From IMG/VR virus record IMGVR_UViG_3300027863_001119, positions 1 through 64,000 of that record: 64,000 nt of DNA. One strand, given 5' to 3'. Under the pieces are notes generated by a model, which saw nothing but the letters and a program-made list of their open reading frames with translations, made no database searches and had not been told where the DNA came from. Below are positions 1-10,547 of this stretch, piece after piece (within the stretch, counting starts at the first letter, position 1; each line of letters starts with the position of its first letter). Made by a program: the position numbers and the translations under genes. The stretch comes from a virus.

Positions 1-1070
1 TCATTAACTACTGAAATTCAAAATAGAATTAGTGAGGATAATAATCTACAAAACCAAATTACTTTAGTTTCAGGTTCATTAACTACTGAAATTCAAGACA
101 GAATTAATACTGATAATAATCTACAAAACCAAATTACTTTAGTTTCAGGTTCATTAACTACTGAAATTCAAGACAGAATTAATACTGATAATAATCTACA
201 AAACCAAATTACTTTAGTTAGTGGATCATTAACTACTGAAATTCAAGACAGAACTAATGTTGATAATAATTTACAAAACCAAATTACTTTAGTTAGTGGA
301 TCATTAACTACTGAAATTCAAAATAGAATTAGTGAGGATAATAATCTACAAAACCAAATTACTTTAGTTTCAGGTTCTCTTGTAACTGAAATTCAAGACA
401 GAATTAATACTGATAATAATCTACAAAACCAAATTACTTTAGTTAGTGGATCATTAACTACTGAAATTCAAGACAGGATTAATGCTGATAATAATTTACA
501 GAATCAAATAAATCAATTAGCTGCAAGTGGAAGTATAAGTACTGGTGAAAATTTAGGTAATGGGGAAGGAATTTATATTGACAATTCTGGTTCTATACTA
601 CAGTTTAAGACATTAAAAGGTTCTGGAAGTATAAATGTAAGTACAATTGGAAATGAGATTATAATTGATGGTCAAGATTTACAAAGTCAAATTACTTTAG
701 TTAGCGGATCATTAACTACTGAAATTCAAAATAGAACTAATGTTGATAATAATTTACAAAACCAAATTACTTTAGTTTCAGGTTCTCTTGTAACTGAAAT
801 TCAAGACAGAGTTAATGCAGATAATAATTTACAAAATCAAATAACTTTAGTTTCAGGTTCTCTTGTAACTGAAATTCAAGACAGAGTTAATGCAGATAAT
901 AATTTACAAAATCAAATAACTTTAGTTTCTGGTTCTCTTGTAACTGAAATTCAAAATAGAATCAATGCAGATAATAATTTGCAGAATCAAATTACTTTAG
1001 TTTCTGGTTCTCTTGTAACTGAAATTCAAAATAGGATTAATGCTGATAATAATTTACAGAATCAAATAGA
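1..1070 (+). repeat. 75-bp (25-aa, LQNQITLVSGSLxTEIQxRINADNN) tandem coding repeat, interrupted by a knob module
   Basis: Near-identical 75-bp units are directly visible. The same units recur at 42.5-45.5 kb. Confidence 0.9.
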
Positions 1071-1512
1071 TCAATTAGTTATAAGTGGAAGTATAAGTAC
1101 TGGTGAAAATTTAGGTAATGGAGAAGGAATTTATATTGGTAATTCTGGTTCTATATTACAGTTTAAGACATTAAAAGGTTCTGGAAGTATAAATGTAAGT
1201 ACAATTGGAAATGAGATTATAATTGTGGGCACAGGAGGATCTGGAAGTATATCTCAATTAGAGAGAGATGTAGTAGAAGAGTTTGTATTAACTTCTACAG
1301 ATATTACAAATAAAAAAGTAGTTCTTGCATATACTCCAATTAATTCTAATTATGTAAGATTAGACGTTATAGGAGGATGTGCTCAAAGTAATGGAAATGA
1401 TTTTATAGTTAATACGATGACGAAGGAATTAAGTTGGAGTGGATTAGGATTGGACGGAATACTTAGTGTTGGTGATAGATTAAGAGTGACATATAATATA
1501 ATGAGTTCGTAA
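1..1512 (+). CDS. Coiled-coil fibre protein with 25-aa repeats (5'-truncated by window edge); paralog of 42220..45927
   Basis: Frame 1 is open from base 1 (SLTTEIQNRISEDNNLQNQITLV...) into the tracked ORF 979..1512. It has 75-bp repeats, two GENLGxGEGIY...LQFKTLKGSG knob modules and a distinct C-terminal beta domain. Confidence 0.8.
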   Translation, partial: SLTTEIQNRISEDNNLQNQITLVSGSLTTEIQDRINTDNNLQNQITLVSGSLTTEIQDRINTDNNLQNQITLVSGSLTTEIQDRTNVDNNLQNQITLVSGSLTTEIQNRISEDNNLQNQITLVSGSLVTEIQDRINTDNNLQNQITLVSGSLTTEIQDRINADNNLQNQINQLAASGSISTGENLGNGEGIYIDNSGSILQFKTLKGSGSINVSTIGNEIIIDGQDLQSQITLVSGSLTTEIQNRTNVDNNLQNQITLVSGSLVTEIQDRVNADNNLQNQITLVSGSLVTEIQDRVNADNNLQNQITLVSGSLVTEIQNRINADNNLQNQITLVSGSLVTEIQNRINADNNLQNQIDQLVISGSISTGENLGNGEGIYIGNSGSILQFKTLKGSGSINVSTIGNEIIIVGTGGSGSISQLERDVVEEFVLTSTDITNKKVVLAYTPINSNYVRLDVIGGCAQSNGNDFIVNTMTKELSWSGLGLDGILSVGDRLRVTYNIMSS

Positions 1513-1522
1513 AGAGGTAATT

Positions 1523-2893
1523 ATGAGTTTAATTAAGAGTAAATTTATTGATTTTACTGGAATTCCTTTAGGAAATGTATTAATATCAGGAACTGCAGGT
1601 GAAAACTTAAATGCAGGGGATATATGTTATTTATCAAATGATGGTAAATTTTACAAAGCAAATGCAAGTATGCTTTCTACAAGCAAAGGGTTATTAGCTA
1701 TATCATCTTCTAGTGTTTCTGCAGGTTTTATTAATATTATGATATTAAGAGGGGCATACTCTACTACAGGATTATTAACTGGAAGCGAATATTGGTTAGA
1801 TGGAGATATTTCCGGAGGAAAAACTCCTTACAAAACTTCTTATAATTTTAGTAATGTAACTAAATTACCAGATCCTTCTGTATTACCGTCTGGAATAGGA
1901 TATGGTGTTTCTTTTAGTCCTAGTATGACTTATTTATCAGTAACTTGTAATAGTTCACCTTACATTATAATTTACAAAAGAGATGGAGATACATTTACTA
2001 AACTGTCTAATCCTTCTACATTACCGACCACTTTATGTTATAGTATAAAGTGGAGTTTTGACGAAACTTATTTAGCTACAGGGAGCTGGAATTCTCCTTA
2101 TATTTTTATTTATAAACGTAGTGGAGATACATTTACTAAACTGTCTAATCCTTCTACATTACCGCCTGCTTATGTAAGAGGAGTTGATTGGAGCCCGGAT
2201 ATGACATATTTAGCAACAGCGCATTATAGTTCTCCTTACGTTACAATTTACAAAAGAAATGGAGATACATTTACTAAATTACCAGATCCTTCTGTATTGC
2301 CAACAGGAGATGGAAAGTGTATAGCATGGAGTCCGGATATGACATACTTAGTAGTCGGTCATGCAAACTCTCCTTACATTACAATTTACAAAAGAAATGG
2401 AGATACATTTACTAAATTGCCAGATCCTTCTGTATTACCAACAGAGGTTGCAAATGGAGTTTCTTTTAGTCCAGATATGACATATTTAGCAGTAGGTCAT
2501 TTCGGTTCTCCTTATGTTACAATTTACAAAAGAAATGGAGATACTTTTACTAAATTACCAGATCCTTCTGTATTACCAACAGGAAATGGAAATGGGGTAG
2601 CGTGGAGTCCAGATGGAACATATTTAGCAGTTACACATATTACTTCTCCTTATCTTACAATTTACAAAAGAAACGGAGATACTTTTACTAAATTGCCAAA
2701 TCCTTCTGTATTACCAACAGGAGCTGGAGATGAAACAACCTTTAGTCCTGATGGAGTATATTTAGTTGTATGTCACGATATTTCTCCTTACATTACAATT
2801 TATAAAGGAAGTACTGTAATAAGAAGAAGTTTAGGATATGCAATAAATGATTCAGTATTATTTTTTAATCCAGATAGATACAACGGAGTATAA
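1523..2893 (+). CDS. 7-bladed WD40-like beta-propeller virion/receptor-binding protein with split capsid-cement-like (GENLxAG) domain
   Basis: Seven 46-aa repeats (FTKLPDPSVLPT...SPDxTYLAV...SPYxTIYKRxGD). N-terminal TAGENLNAGD motif. Confidence 0.75.
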   Translation: MSLIKSKFIDFTGIPLGNVLISGTAGENLNAGDICYLSNDGKFYKANASMLSTSKGLLAISSSSVSAGFINIMILRGAYSTTGLLTGSEYWLDGDISGGKTPYKTSYNFSNVTKLPDPSVLPSGIGYGVSFSPSMTYLSVTCNSSPYIIIYKRDGDTFTKLSNPSTLPTTLCYSIKWSFDETYLATGSWNSPYIFIYKRSGDTFTKLSNPSTLPPAYVRGVDWSPDMTYLATAHYSSPYVTIYKRNGDTFTKLPDPSVLPTGDGKCIAWSPDMTYLVVGHANSPYITIYKRNGDTFTKLPDPSVLPTEVANGVSFSPDMTYLAVGHFGSPYVTIYKRNGDTFTKLPDPSVLPTGNGNGVAWSPDGTYLAVTHITSPYLTIYKRNGDTFTKLPNPSVLPTGAGDETTFSPDGVYLVVCHDISPYITIYKGSTVIRRSLGYAINDSVLFFNPDRYNGV

Positions 2894-2913
2894 ATTTAGG
2901 ATTTAGAAGTATT

Positions 2914-4284
2914 ATGAATATGATTAAAAGCAAATTTATAGATTTTGATAACAGTTTGATTATTGATACTCAAGTGACATTAGGAACTGCAGGTGAAAAC
3001 TTAAATGCAGGGGATATATGTTATTTATCAAATGATGGTAAATTTTACAAAGCAAATGCAAGTATGCTTTCTACAAGCAAAGGGTTATTAGCTATATCAT
3101 CTTCTAGTGTTTCTTCTAATACAACAGGAGCTTTTATATTAGATGGTTTATACTCTACTACAGGATTATTAACTGGAAGCGAATATTGGTTGGATAGAGA
3201 TACTTTCGGAGGAAAAATTTCTTACAAACCTTCTTATAATTTTAGTAATGTAACTAAATTACCAGATCCTTCTGTATTACCAACAAATCATTCTTTTGAA
3301 GCGTCATGGAGTTCAGACGGAGCATATTTAGCAATAGTTCACGTAGACTCTCCCTATATTACAATTTACAAAAGAAACGGAGATACATTTACTAAATTAC
3401 CTAATCCTTCTGTATTACCAACTAGTACAGGAGTAGGAGTTTCTTTTAGTTCTGATAATACTTATTTAGCAGTAGGTCATGTAAACTCTCCTTATATTAC
3501 AATTTACAAAAGAGATGGAGATACATTTACTAAATTACCTAATCCTTCTGTATTACCAACCGGTAACGCGTGGAGTGTATCTTTTAGTCCAGATGGAACA
3601 TATTTAGCAGTTGCATATATTACTTCTCCTTACCTTACAATTTACAAAAGAGATGGAGATACTTTTACTAAATTACCAGATCCTTCTGTATTACCAACAG
3701 GGGTTGGAGTAGGAGTTTCTTTTAGTCCTGATAATACTTATTTAGTAGTCGGTCATTATAATTCTCCTTACGTTACAATTTACAAAAGAAATGGAGATAC
3801 ATTTACTAAATTGCCAGATCCTTCTGTATTACCGACTGGTAACGGGTGGAGTGTATCTTTTAGTTTAGACATGACTTATTTAGCAGTAGCTCATAAAGTT
3901 TCTCCTTACATTACAATTTACAAAAGAAATGGAGATACTTTTACTAAATTACCTAATCCTTCTGTATTACCAACAGGAGATGCATATGGAGTAAAATGGA
4001 GTCCGGATGGAACATATTTATCAGTAACCTATGCTGTTTCTCCTTATATTACAATTTACAAAAGAAATGGAGATACTTTTACTAAATTACCAGATCCTTC
4101 TGTATTACCAACAGGGGTTGGAGAAGAGGCAACCTTTAGTCCTGATGGAGTATATTTAGTTGTATGTCACGATATTTCTCCTTACATTACAATTTATAAA
4201 GGAAGTACTGTAATAAGAAGAAGTTTAGGATATGCAATAAATGATTCAGTATTATTTTTTAACTTAGACAAATATAAGGAGTAA
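2914..4284 (+). CDS. Paralog of 1523..2893, 7-bladed beta-propeller protein
   Basis: Same length (456 aa), same 46-aa repeats, near-identical N- and C-terminal DNA blocks. Confidence 0.75.
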   Translation: MNMIKSKFIDFDNSLIIDTQVTLGTAGENLNAGDICYLSNDGKFYKANASMLSTSKGLLAISSSSVSSNTTGAFILDGLYSTTGLLTGSEYWLDRDTFGGKISYKPSYNFSNVTKLPDPSVLPTNHSFEASWSSDGAYLAIVHVDSPYITIYKRNGDTFTKLPNPSVLPTSTGVGVSFSSDNTYLAVGHVNSPYITIYKRDGDTFTKLPNPSVLPTGNAWSVSFSPDGTYLAVAYITSPYLTIYKRDGDTFTKLPDPSVLPTGVGVGVSFSPDNTYLVVGHYNSPYVTIYKRNGDTFTKLPDPSVLPTGNGWSVSFSLDMTYLAVAHKVSPYITIYKRNGDTFTKLPNPSVLPTGDAYGVKWSPDGTYLSVTYAVSPYITIYKRNGDTFTKLPDPSVLPTGVGEEATFSPDGVYLVVCHDISPYITIYKGSTVIRRSLGYAINDSVLFFNLDKYKE

Positions 4285-4289
4285 AGAAA

Positions 4290-4676
4290 ATGGAAAAGTA
4301 TTTTTTAATATTAACTGAAGAAGGAAAACTTATTTTGTTAACAAAAAACTATACGTATCAAGATACGATTGATTATATTGTAATGGAGTTTAAAAAAGAT
4401 TATGATGTTAGTAGTCCTGTTGTTGATAATGTTGTTTCTAATAGTTATGAAAATTTATTATTATTTAAAACAGACTTTTTAAGAGCTTTTCGTAATAAAA
4501 AATTAAAAGAAAGCGATTCGTTATGGATAGAAGCATTATCAAAGAAGAAAGGTTTAGATGAAGTAGAAAATTACAAACAACAACTTAGAGATTTACCTCA
4601 AACTCTTAACGTTGAAAATATGACATTAGAAGAAATATCAAATGCAGTTAAAAGTATACAAGCTCCAGTAATATAA
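4290..4676 (+). CDS. Tail fibre assembly chaperone-like protein
   Basis: R..RNxxLxESD...YxQxLRDLPQ motif typical of phage fibre chaperones. Lies after fibre-type genes. Confidence 0.65.
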   Translation: MEKYFLILTEEGKLILLTKNYTYQDTIDYIVMEFKKDYDVSSPVVDNVVSNSYENLLLFKTDFLRAFRNKKLKESDSLWIEALSKKKGLDEVENYKQQLRDLPQTLNVENMTLEEISNAVKSIQAPVI

Positions 4677-4689
4677 ATAGAGGAACAAT

Positions 4690-5913
4690 ATGGATTTAAG
4701 TAATTATTTAGATAATATATACAATTACGATTTAGGTTTAGGAATTGAACCGGAAATAATTGATTATATAAAAGAGAGTCATGTAATACAAAGCAGAATA
4801 TCTCCTACTAGATGTTATTTATTACAACAATTAGAAGTAGGAAATACAGTTGGTTCTCAAGATGCTCCTCTTACTATAACTTCTTATATTGAGACGGATC
4901 CTCAATATCGTGCAATCATTTGGTCTTCTGGAAGTAATTATCCGGATCTTCGTTTTTATACTGCAGATACACAAAAAAGATTTACATTATGGATTGATGG
5001 GGTTGAAGCACATAGAGTGTATGAAGAGGATGATATAATTAACGATAATGAATATGCATTAGTTAAGAGAGAAGATTTGAGTGATAAAAGAGTGGAAGTA
5101 GTATTTAATAAAGGATTTAATGCATCTCAACATACAATTACTTATACATATTCTACAATTGATAAAGGTATAAATATAGAAAGATTAAAAATAGGAGAGT
5201 CAATAGACAGTCCTCATACTTTATATGGATGGAAGCAATGGTTAGATTTCCGCTCTGATCCTTTAAAAGAAAAACATCAAGTTCTTGTTCGTACTCCTTT
5301 AACAACAACTGCATTAACTATAAATGAAGAAGGGAAAGTAGTGATGGAAGATAATCAGTGTTGGATGATCTGGGAGCCCTATGTTAAAGACTGGGATATA
5401 CTAATAGTACCTGCAAATCAAAACCCATTAAATAAAGAATTACGTTATATTATAGAAAATAAACAAGACAGTATAATTCAAGGACATTTAGTTAGTCAAA
5501 GATTTAAAATTAAGTTGTTAGAAGAAACAGATGAAAGGTATAAAATTCCTTATTTAACCGAATTTTCTGGCATAATGTTTAAAAATGCTCAGCTAAAAGT
5601 GCTTAAGAATGTTGTAGAGAAGAGTTTTACTTATAGAGATTTTTCCGCAGGTAGTTTATTAATTGGTAACATATCCTCTTCTAATTTTAACATATTAAAA
5701 GTTATAATAAGTATTAGCACACCTTTTGATAGTGGTAACCTATTTATTACGGATGATACACAAACTCCTCTTATAAATGATTTATCAATAACTGTTAGAA
5801 ACTTTTATGTTTTTTACATTTATGTAAATTACAACACTCCTGTAAATTTATATTTAAATTTTTTAGGGAATCCTATTATTGGAGAAGGAAAAGTTATAGT
5901 ATACTTTGTATGA
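4690..5913 (+). CDS. Virion structural protein (possible head-tail/neck component) with C-terminal small beta-sandwich module
   Basis: 407-aa ORF with RBS (GAGG), in structural context. The C-terminal module recurs in the next two genes. Confidence 0.45.
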   Translation: MDLSNYLDNIYNYDLGLGIEPEIIDYIKESHVIQSRISPTRCYLLQQLEVGNTVGSQDAPLTITSYIETDPQYRAIIWSSGSNYPDLRFYTADTQKRFTLWIDGVEAHRVYEEDDIINDNEYALVKREDLSDKRVEVVFNKGFNASQHTITYTYSTIDKGINIERLKIGESIDSPHTLYGWKQWLDFRSDPLKEKHQVLVRTPLTTTALTINEEGKVVMEDNQCWMIWEPYVKDWDILIVPANQNPLNKELRYIIENKQDSIIQGHLVSQRFKIKLLEETDERYKIPYLTEFSGIMFKNAQLKVLKNVVEKSFTYRDFSAGSLLIGNISSSNFNILKVIISISTPFDSGNLFITDDTQTPLINDLSITVRNFYVFYIYVNYNTPVNLYLNFLGNPIIGEGKVIVYFV

Positions 5914-6521
5914 GAAATGTAAATAAAATATCAAAAACTTTGACTTATGATAATTTAATTCAACAATCTCAAAACTTAATCGGGAGACTTCCAGTTAATA
6001 CTATTGCTTTTAGAGTCGACTTACATAGTAGTTTAAATGAAGGAGTTATCAAGATAGTAGACGAAAACAATACTACTATAGTTGATAGTATTAATGTAAG
6101 TAAGAGGTTTGTTTTATTGTCTTTAATATTTGTTTGTTACAAAAATTTATATTTAAATTTAGTTGATAAAAATCCAATAGAAGGAAACATTACTGTAGTA
6201 ATTTACTATATATATGAAAATAATTTAATAGAGTTTGATTTTAACTATTTAGACTTTTCTAAATCTATTATTCCATTACAAACATTTAATAACGATAGAT
6301 TATATGTGCTTTATTTAGAAATAGAAGAAGAGTTCGATAAAGGAAAGATTTACATAGGAGATAGCGAAGAACGTGATAGTGTATTCTCAATAGATTTAGA
6401 AGGGAAAACTAAAAATCAATATTTTATAGAAGGGATTAATAAAAGAGATTTGAATTTGTATTTTGATGAGAACCCTACAAAAGGTAAAGCAAAATTAAAA
6501 ATATATTACTTTAGTTTATGA
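5910..6521 (+). CDS. Hypothetical structural protein, two tandem small beta-sandwich modules
   Basis: ATGA overlap with upstream gene. Two halves end in NPxxGx(I/A)xxxIYY. Confidence 0.5.
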   Translation: MRNVNKISKTLTYDNLIQQSQNLIGRLPVNTIAFRVDLHSSLNEGVIKIVDENNTTIVDSINVSKRFVLLSLIFVCYKNLYLNLVDKNPIEGNITVVIYYIYENNLIEFDFNYLDFSKSIIPLQTFNNDRLYVLYLEIEEEFDKGKIYIGDSEERDSVFSIDLEGKTKNQYFIEGINKRDLNLYFDENPTKGKAKLKIYYFSL

Positions 6522-7309
6522 ATAATATAATTTCAAATATTAAAGGCACTTTAAGTCAAGAATTTTCCATAGGGGATACTACTAATTTAGTTGCTAGTGG
6601 GAGTATCTTACAAATAAAAAATGTAGAAGGAGAATTAATAGAAGTAGAAACAAAATCTATCACAGAAGAGAGTACTCTTAATACAGTTGCAACATTCTTT
6701 AACTTAAAGAGTTTATTGCCTTTGATCGAATTTGATTTTGATGGTAGCTCTCCTCCAGTCCCTGGAAACAATCTCAACAAATTTGGATTTTGTCACACTA
6801 GCGGAAGTATTTATAAGGATAAAACAATTGTATATGATAACGGTATTTCTTTAATACAAGTACCTTTTAATGTTGTCAAAGGGATTATAACTACTACACA
6901 AATTTCTGGTTCTATCGTTTTAAATTCGAATAGTATTTATATTAAAGAGGAAGATAATTTTATATTAAAAGGAGGCGCAGTAAATAAAAGTTTTTCTCAA
7001 TATATTGTAGTTGAATATTCTTATATGGATAATATAATCTACTTTAGAGATCAGCTAAAAGAAAATACTGATATTATTAGTATTATAAATAAGGTAATAG
7101 AGCCTTTTTCTTATTTAAGTGTTATAAATGTTTATGCAGACAAATTAGAACCAATTTTCTCTTTTGAGAATATGATAGAGGAGGGAACATATATATTTGA
7201 AGATATTTATACTTTACAAACAAGTTCTACTCCGTTTATAGAAATAATTGCTTCTGGTAGTTCACAAGGAAGAGGAAAGATTTATATTGAATACAAAGAA
7301 AATAATTAA
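6518..7309 (+). CDS. Hypothetical structural protein, SGS-rich
   Basis: ATGA overlap. C-terminal module ends GRGKIYIEY, like the two upstream genes. Confidence 0.5.
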   Translation: MNNIISNIKGTLSQEFSIGDTTNLVASGSILQIKNVEGELIEVETKSITEESTLNTVATFFNLKSLLPLIEFDFDGSSPPVPGNNLNKFGFCHTSGSIYKDKTIVYDNGISLIQVPFNVVKGIITTTQISGSIVLNSNSIYIKEEDNFILKGGAVNKSFSQYIVVEYSYMDNIIYFRDQLKENTDIISIINKVIEPFSYLSVINVYADKLEPIFSFENMIEEGTYIFEDIYTLQTSSTPFIEIIASGSSQGRGKIYIEYKENN

Positions 7310-7353
7310 GAAATTAGTTTATATAGATATTATAATTAAGGGAGTTTGTTCAT

Positions 7354-9954
7354 ATGTCTGTATATAAGTATATAAGAGCAATAGAAACAGAAAAAGTTTT
7401 TGCTTCCAAAGTATTAAATTTTGGTTATGCAACTGGATTAAATAATAATTACTATTTATACTTAAGTAATTTAGGAGTGGATTTTTATGTAGATGGTCTT
7501 ACAGTATTTATGAAGGTTCTTAATGGTATTGATGGTTCTGGATCTGTAACTTTAAATATTAATGGCATGGGTCCTGTTCCTATAGTGAAGTTGGGAAATA
7601 AACCTTTAAGTGTTGGGGATATAAATGATGGACAAATTGTGCAAGTAGTTTATGATTTGAGTAGTAATACATTCCAGCTTCAAAATCCTTCAAGTTCTTA
7701 TTCTTTACTTGCTTCAAGTGTTGTTGATGATTCCTCTCATAGATTTGTAACAGATAGTCAAATACAATATTGGAATAGTAAACAAGATTCTCTTGGTTAT
7801 ATTCCCGAAAATATATCTAATAAAGGACAACCTGGAGGATATGCTTCTCTTGATGGAAACTCAAAAGTTCCTTTATCACAAATACCAGATATTGCAGGAA
7901 TAGGAGGGACAAAGGTTTATGTAGTTTCTGGTTCAGTTAATCGTTTAGCAATTCCTACGGGATCATTACGCTCTGGGGATGGGTGTTATGAATATGGAAC
8001 CGGAAATTCATATGTATGGGATGGTACTTTATGGTATTTGACTGCATCAAAAGATTGGGCAAATATTGGTATAGATTGGTCTAATATTACTAATATTCCT
8101 CAATCTTTCCCACCATCTGCTCATACACACACTCCTTCTGATGTTGGTTTAAGTCAAGTTCAAAATGTTACACAAATTCCGCTTAGTTATCTTGACACAG
8201 ATCCTACACTTAGTGCAAATAGTGATGTTAAAATTTCTACTCAAAAAGCGATTAAAACATATGTAGATAACAAAATTCCAACTAATATTACTTCTTTAAT
8301 AAATAAAGTTGAAAATTTAGAAGTATGTGAGCAGATAGAAATGGATTCAGAACCTAATAGCGGGAGTATTAATAAATTTTATGATTTGCTTAACAATACC
8401 AATTATTACAGCTTAGGAGTGTTAGATACTGCTAATACTACTTTGATATCTCTATTATCTGCAGGAAGTGATATGGCTCAGGTAGCAAATGCTTCTATAT
8501 TTTCAGTAGGACAAGAAGTAACAATACAAAGTTCTTCAAGTATTGAAAGAAAAGTTATAAGTGCGATACCAGATGCTAATACTTTACGATTTTCATCTGC
8601 TGTAAATTCTTCTTATTCTGCTGCGATTACAAAAGTATATAGGAGTAATGTAGAAATTGATACTGTTAATAAAAGATTAAAGTTTGGAAAAATTGTAGCT
8701 TTTTCTGATATTCCTGAAAGAATTGACCCATCACAAGTGCAACAGTTACCTTATACATCGGGTAGAATAGGACGTAATGTGTTTTTTAGTGAGGATGGAA
8801 CTTATATGTTATTAAGTATGATCAATGTAATACCTGCGGGTGTATTATATAAAAGAACAGGAGACACTTTTAATATTGTTCAATGGATAGATGTAGCTGG
8901 AAACTCTGGTAGAATTGGAGGTGTAGATAAGACGTTTACTTATTTTTGTGGACATGCTGCTGGTACACAAATTGGGTTATTCGTATATAAAAGAACGGGA
9001 GATGTTTTTTCACAGACACAAATTGTAGTATCTAATCAAGAGTGTTATGCATCTTGTATTGATCCTACTGGTACTTATATATTAGCAATTTTCAGAACAC
9101 CTCCTTATGCAAGAGTTTATAAACGTAGTGGGAATACATTTTCATTTTTGACTGAACTTCCTACCTCTGCTACAGTTAATGCCTACCATTGTAGTATTGA
9201 TCCTACAAGTACTTATTTTTATGTTAATGTTGGTACTTCTCCTTATTATTATATTTTTAAAAGACAAGGAGATAGTTTTACTTTAGTTATGAATCCTCCG
9301 AGCGGTGGCAGTCCATCATGTTGGAATTCAGACGGATCACTTTTTTATAATGGAAGTTTCTATAGGAGAGTAGGAGATACTTTTACTTTTTTATCATCTC
9401 TTCCTGCTTCTCAAGGGGCCGCCTTTAGTCCTAATGGACTATATTTTGTAGCTACTTATTATAATTCTCCTTATATAAGAATTTATTCAATCTCAGGAAA
9501 TGTTTTTACTCCTATAGATATTTCTACGATGTATATTCCTGTTCGCCCTTGGGGCGTGGCTTTTTCAGCGGATTCTAAGTATTTAGCAATAACAAGAGAA
9601 GATTACCCAGCTTATCAACCTCCTTATGTAATAGTATATAAATATATATCAGGAGACAGAGATGCTACAGAGGTTGATATAAGATATAAGATTTTTCCAA
9701 AAGGAAACGTTTCTTCTATATTTGCAAATATTCAAAAGAATGATATTTCAGGATTCACGTTAGAAGGATATGTTTCTACACAACAAACTGAAGATTATAT
9801 ACAATTAGATAAACAAATAACAAGTTCTTTTGGAAATAGGTTTTCTAAAAAAGAACTTATTCCTGGAAATAATGTTACTTTAAAAATAAGAGCAACTAAA
9901 TCATCACCTGCGGATGATGCATATATAACAAAAATATTTGGAGGAGTGAGATGA
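7354..9954 (+). CDS. Tail fibre/receptor-binding protein with C-terminal beta-propeller
   Basis: Fibre-type motifs (TLNINGxG, HRFVTD, GYASLD, PPSAHTH, STQKAIKTYVD) followed by diverged YKRxGDxF propeller blades. Confidence 0.7.
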   Translation: MSVYKYIRAIETEKVFASKVLNFGYATGLNNNYYLYLSNLGVDFYVDGLTVFMKVLNGIDGSGSVTLNINGMGPVPIVKLGNKPLSVGDINDGQIVQVVYDLSSNTFQLQNPSSSYSLLASSVVDDSSHRFVTDSQIQYWNSKQDSLGYIPENISNKGQPGGYASLDGNSKVPLSQIPDIAGIGGTKVYVVSGSVNRLAIPTGSLRSGDGCYEYGTGNSYVWDGTLWYLTASKDWANIGIDWSNITNIPQSFPPSAHTHTPSDVGLSQVQNVTQIPLSYLDTDPTLSANSDVKISTQKAIKTYVDNKIPTNITSLINKVENLEVCEQIEMDSEPNSGSINKFYDLLNNTNYYSLGVLDTANTTLISLLSAGSDMAQVANASIFSVGQEVTIQSSSSIERKVISAIPDANTLRFSSAVNSSYSAAITKVYRSNVEIDTVNKRLKFGKIVAFSDIPERIDPSQVQQLPYTSGRIGRNVFFSEDGTYMLLSMINVIPAGVLYKRTGDTFNIVQWIDVAGNSGRIGGVDKTFTYFCGHAAGTQIGLFVYKRTGDVFSQTQIVVSNQECYASCIDPTGTYILAIFRTPPYARVYKRSGNTFSFLTELPTSATVNAYHCSIDPTSTYFYVNVGTSPYYYIFKRQGDSFTLVMNPPSGGSPSCWNSDGSLFYNGSFYRRVGDTFTFLSSLPASQGAAFSPNGLYFVATYYNSPYIRIYSISGNVFTPIDISTMYIPVRPWGVAFSADSKYLAITREDYPAYQPPYVIVYKYISGDRDATEVDIRYKIFPKGNVSSIFANIQKNDISGFTLEGYVSTQQTEDYIQLDKQITSSFGNRFSKKELIPGNNVTLKIRATKSSPADDAYITKIFGGVR

Positions 9955-10544
9955 AAGGAAGTATTATTTTAGTTCAAAATAATGAAGGACACTTTTTGTC
10001 AAATGCTATAAAGTTTTTTACAAAGAGAGCAGCAAAAAAATATGGAGTAGGGAACTGGACACATTCAATGTTTTATGTAGGTAAGTTTTTTAACGAAGAT
10101 TTTGTATTTAGTGCGGAGGCTGCTCAAAGTATTATGCCTCTAAAAAAGTTTCAAAAGCCTAAAGTTAAATATGTAATCTATAAGATAAATGATAATATTA
10201 AAGCAGAAGATTTAGATAATTTAATAAAAGACTTTTTTTTAAATTACGCGGGAGATACTTACGGGTTCTTTCAATTATTTTGGTTTATTTACAGATGGAT
10301 TGCTGAAATAATTGGACTAGATGTAAGAAAAAAGAATAATTGGTTTCCTACTGGGGATATATGTTCTGAAATGACTTTTCGATTTTTAACAAAACGTCTT
10401 GAATACTCTAATAAAAATGTGATTATCAAAAATGTATTAAATAAGTTAAATGAATGGACAGAAAATACAATACATCCAGTAGATTTAGCGTATATAATCA
10501 AAAAGTTTCCATTAGTATTTGAAAAAGTAGAAGAATGGAATTAG
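9951..10544 (+). CDS. Permuted papain-like (YaeF/YiiX, NlpC/P60 superfamily) amidase/peptidase
   Basis: His (WTHS) precedes Cys (ICSE), followed by IHPxDL. This is the circularly permuted order. Confidence 0.65.
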   Translation: MKGSIILVQNNEGHFLSNAIKFFTKRAAKKYGVGNWTHSMFYVGKFFNEDFVFSAEAAQSIMPLKKFQKPKVKYVIYKINDNIKAEDLDNLIKDFFLNYAGDTYGFFQLFWFIYRWIAEIIGLDVRKKNNWFPTGDICSEMTFRFLTKRLEYSNKNVIIKNVLNKLNEWTENTIHPVDLAYIIKKFPLVFEKVEEWN

Positions 10545-10547
10545 TAT

